Source: Amoebophrya sp. A120 (Eukaryota; Protista; Dinoflagellata). Taken from it: DNA of 64,000 nt. The notes under the pieces are model-generated. The model did not search any database. It was not told where the DNA came from and saw only the letters and a program-made list of their open reading frames with translations. This document shows positions 62,950 to 64,000 of the stretch, piece after piece; position 1 is the first letter of the stretch; the number at the start of each line of letters is the position of its first letter. The stretch lies in contig CAJINV010000002.1 of NCBI GenBank assembly GCA_905178155.1, positions 12,828,387-12,892,386 on the forward strand, in the 5' to 3' direction. Made by a program: the position numbers and the translations under genes.

Positions 62950-63701
62950 AAATTATTCTGATGTAAATTAATTGGAGCCAAAAGAATTCAAATTTTCGAA
63001 GAACAGGAGCAGGTTGCAGCAGCAACGGCTTCTATATGGTATTTTGTTTCTCGTCTCGCTCTCACTCGCACATCCATGGACATGTAAGACTTTTTAGTGT
63101 ATCCTTGGCATTGGACAGATTGATTGCGTCGACCTTCATGTGCCCACTGAACTTGTACCCGTAGCGATATCAACAACATCTCCTCATGCTGTATCCAGAT
63201 TTTGACCTAATATTTTGAAAACGAATCATTTTTTTTGTTCGGATTGGATTCGAGTACTATGTATGTGCAAGCTTCTCTAGTATGCCTGTGGTACTAGTTG
63301 CGTTCTAGTTGTCGTTTCTTTATTTTGCCCGCGGACTCCGAAGCGAGATAGAGAGTGAATTATCGTCTATGCCACCACCTCTGAGATCTGATGTCCTGTA
63401 CTCTTGGAATCGCATCAATCGCAACATTTTCGTCTGGTCGTCATCGTGCATTGTTTTCGCTTTCGCTACTTTCCTGCCTCGTGGTTTCTTATTCGAATGC
63501 AACGATGATCGTCAAGGAAAGGCAGCAGGCTTGCAGATCCAGATGAGGAACACGATCGATCATGAGAAACACTTGAATTTTTTGATTTCCATGATTCCCT
63601 GTGCTTTTTGTTATTCGCACGCGCACTCGCATTTGTAGAAGTTTATGGTTTTTTCAACATCAGAAATAAAGCGAACACGTTGAAAAGCACCCTCGGCCGA
63701 G

Positions 63702-64000
63702 ATGTCGTCGGAACAGCCAGCGGAGGATGAGGTAACCGAGCAACTAAACGTTAACGCCACAGCAGAGCATGAGCAGGATAAGGACGAGATCGGTAGTGTG
63801 GACGCTTCGGAGGACGGCGGGAGTGAGGAGTCGTACTTCGTCCGGCCGCGACGCAGATTTTATCCGAGTCTTTCGCAAGAACTGGGAGACTTCTATCTGC
63901 CGCAGTTGGTGAACCGTCAGCAGTTTCCGACGCTGCTCGATGCGGAGCGTTTTGACGATGAGGAGATCGCGGAAATTGCAATGTTTGACGAAGCAACACC
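63702..64000 (+). CDS. Partial paralog of 61966-62949
   Basis: Open to window end; FYPSLSQE...LVNRQQFPTLLDAE vs FFPSLAQD...LANRREYPTLLDTE. Confidence 0.65.
   Translation, partial: MSSEQPAEDEVTEQLNVNATAEHEQDKDEIGSVDASEDGGSEESYFVRPRRRFYPSLSQELGDFYLPQLVNRQQFPTLLDAERFDDEEIAEIAMFDEAT

Overview
Eukaryotic genomic DNA, most likely a Syndiniales/dinoflagellate such as Amoebophrya. This assignment is inferred from mostly non-GT-AG introns with inverted and direct repeats, all host genes lying on one strand, and GKGKGK-rich proteins. About eleven host genes lie on the + strand, including a DeSI/PPPDE peptidase, a PDZ protein, CFAP300, a cytosolic carboxypeptidase (CCP/AGBL), an RNI-like LRR protein and an mS33-like protein. 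About 30 MITE-like 'introner' insertions of ~140-320 bp, in at least six TIR families, interrupt coding exons. They share one architecture: 5-bp direct repeat + TA(T)...(A)TA termini + internal GCATGACA motifs. Removing the element plus exactly 5 nt restores the reading frame in every case checked. The key find is a 12,017-bp element (20839-32855) inside a canonical intron. It has the same end chemistry (ACGCG 5-bp TSD, TAT...ATA termini, 67-bp TIRs) and encodes a decayed hAT-like DDE transposase, a PD-(D/E)xK-like nuclease and a K/E-rich protein. It is a candidate for the autonomous lineage that mobilises the introners, and its own genes contain introners. Also present are a very young Ty1/copia element (gag and pol split by one in-frame TGA, no tRNA-type PBS, intron-like leader), two intronic arrays of a 28-bp palindrome, and a GC-rich 2.1-kb TIR element.
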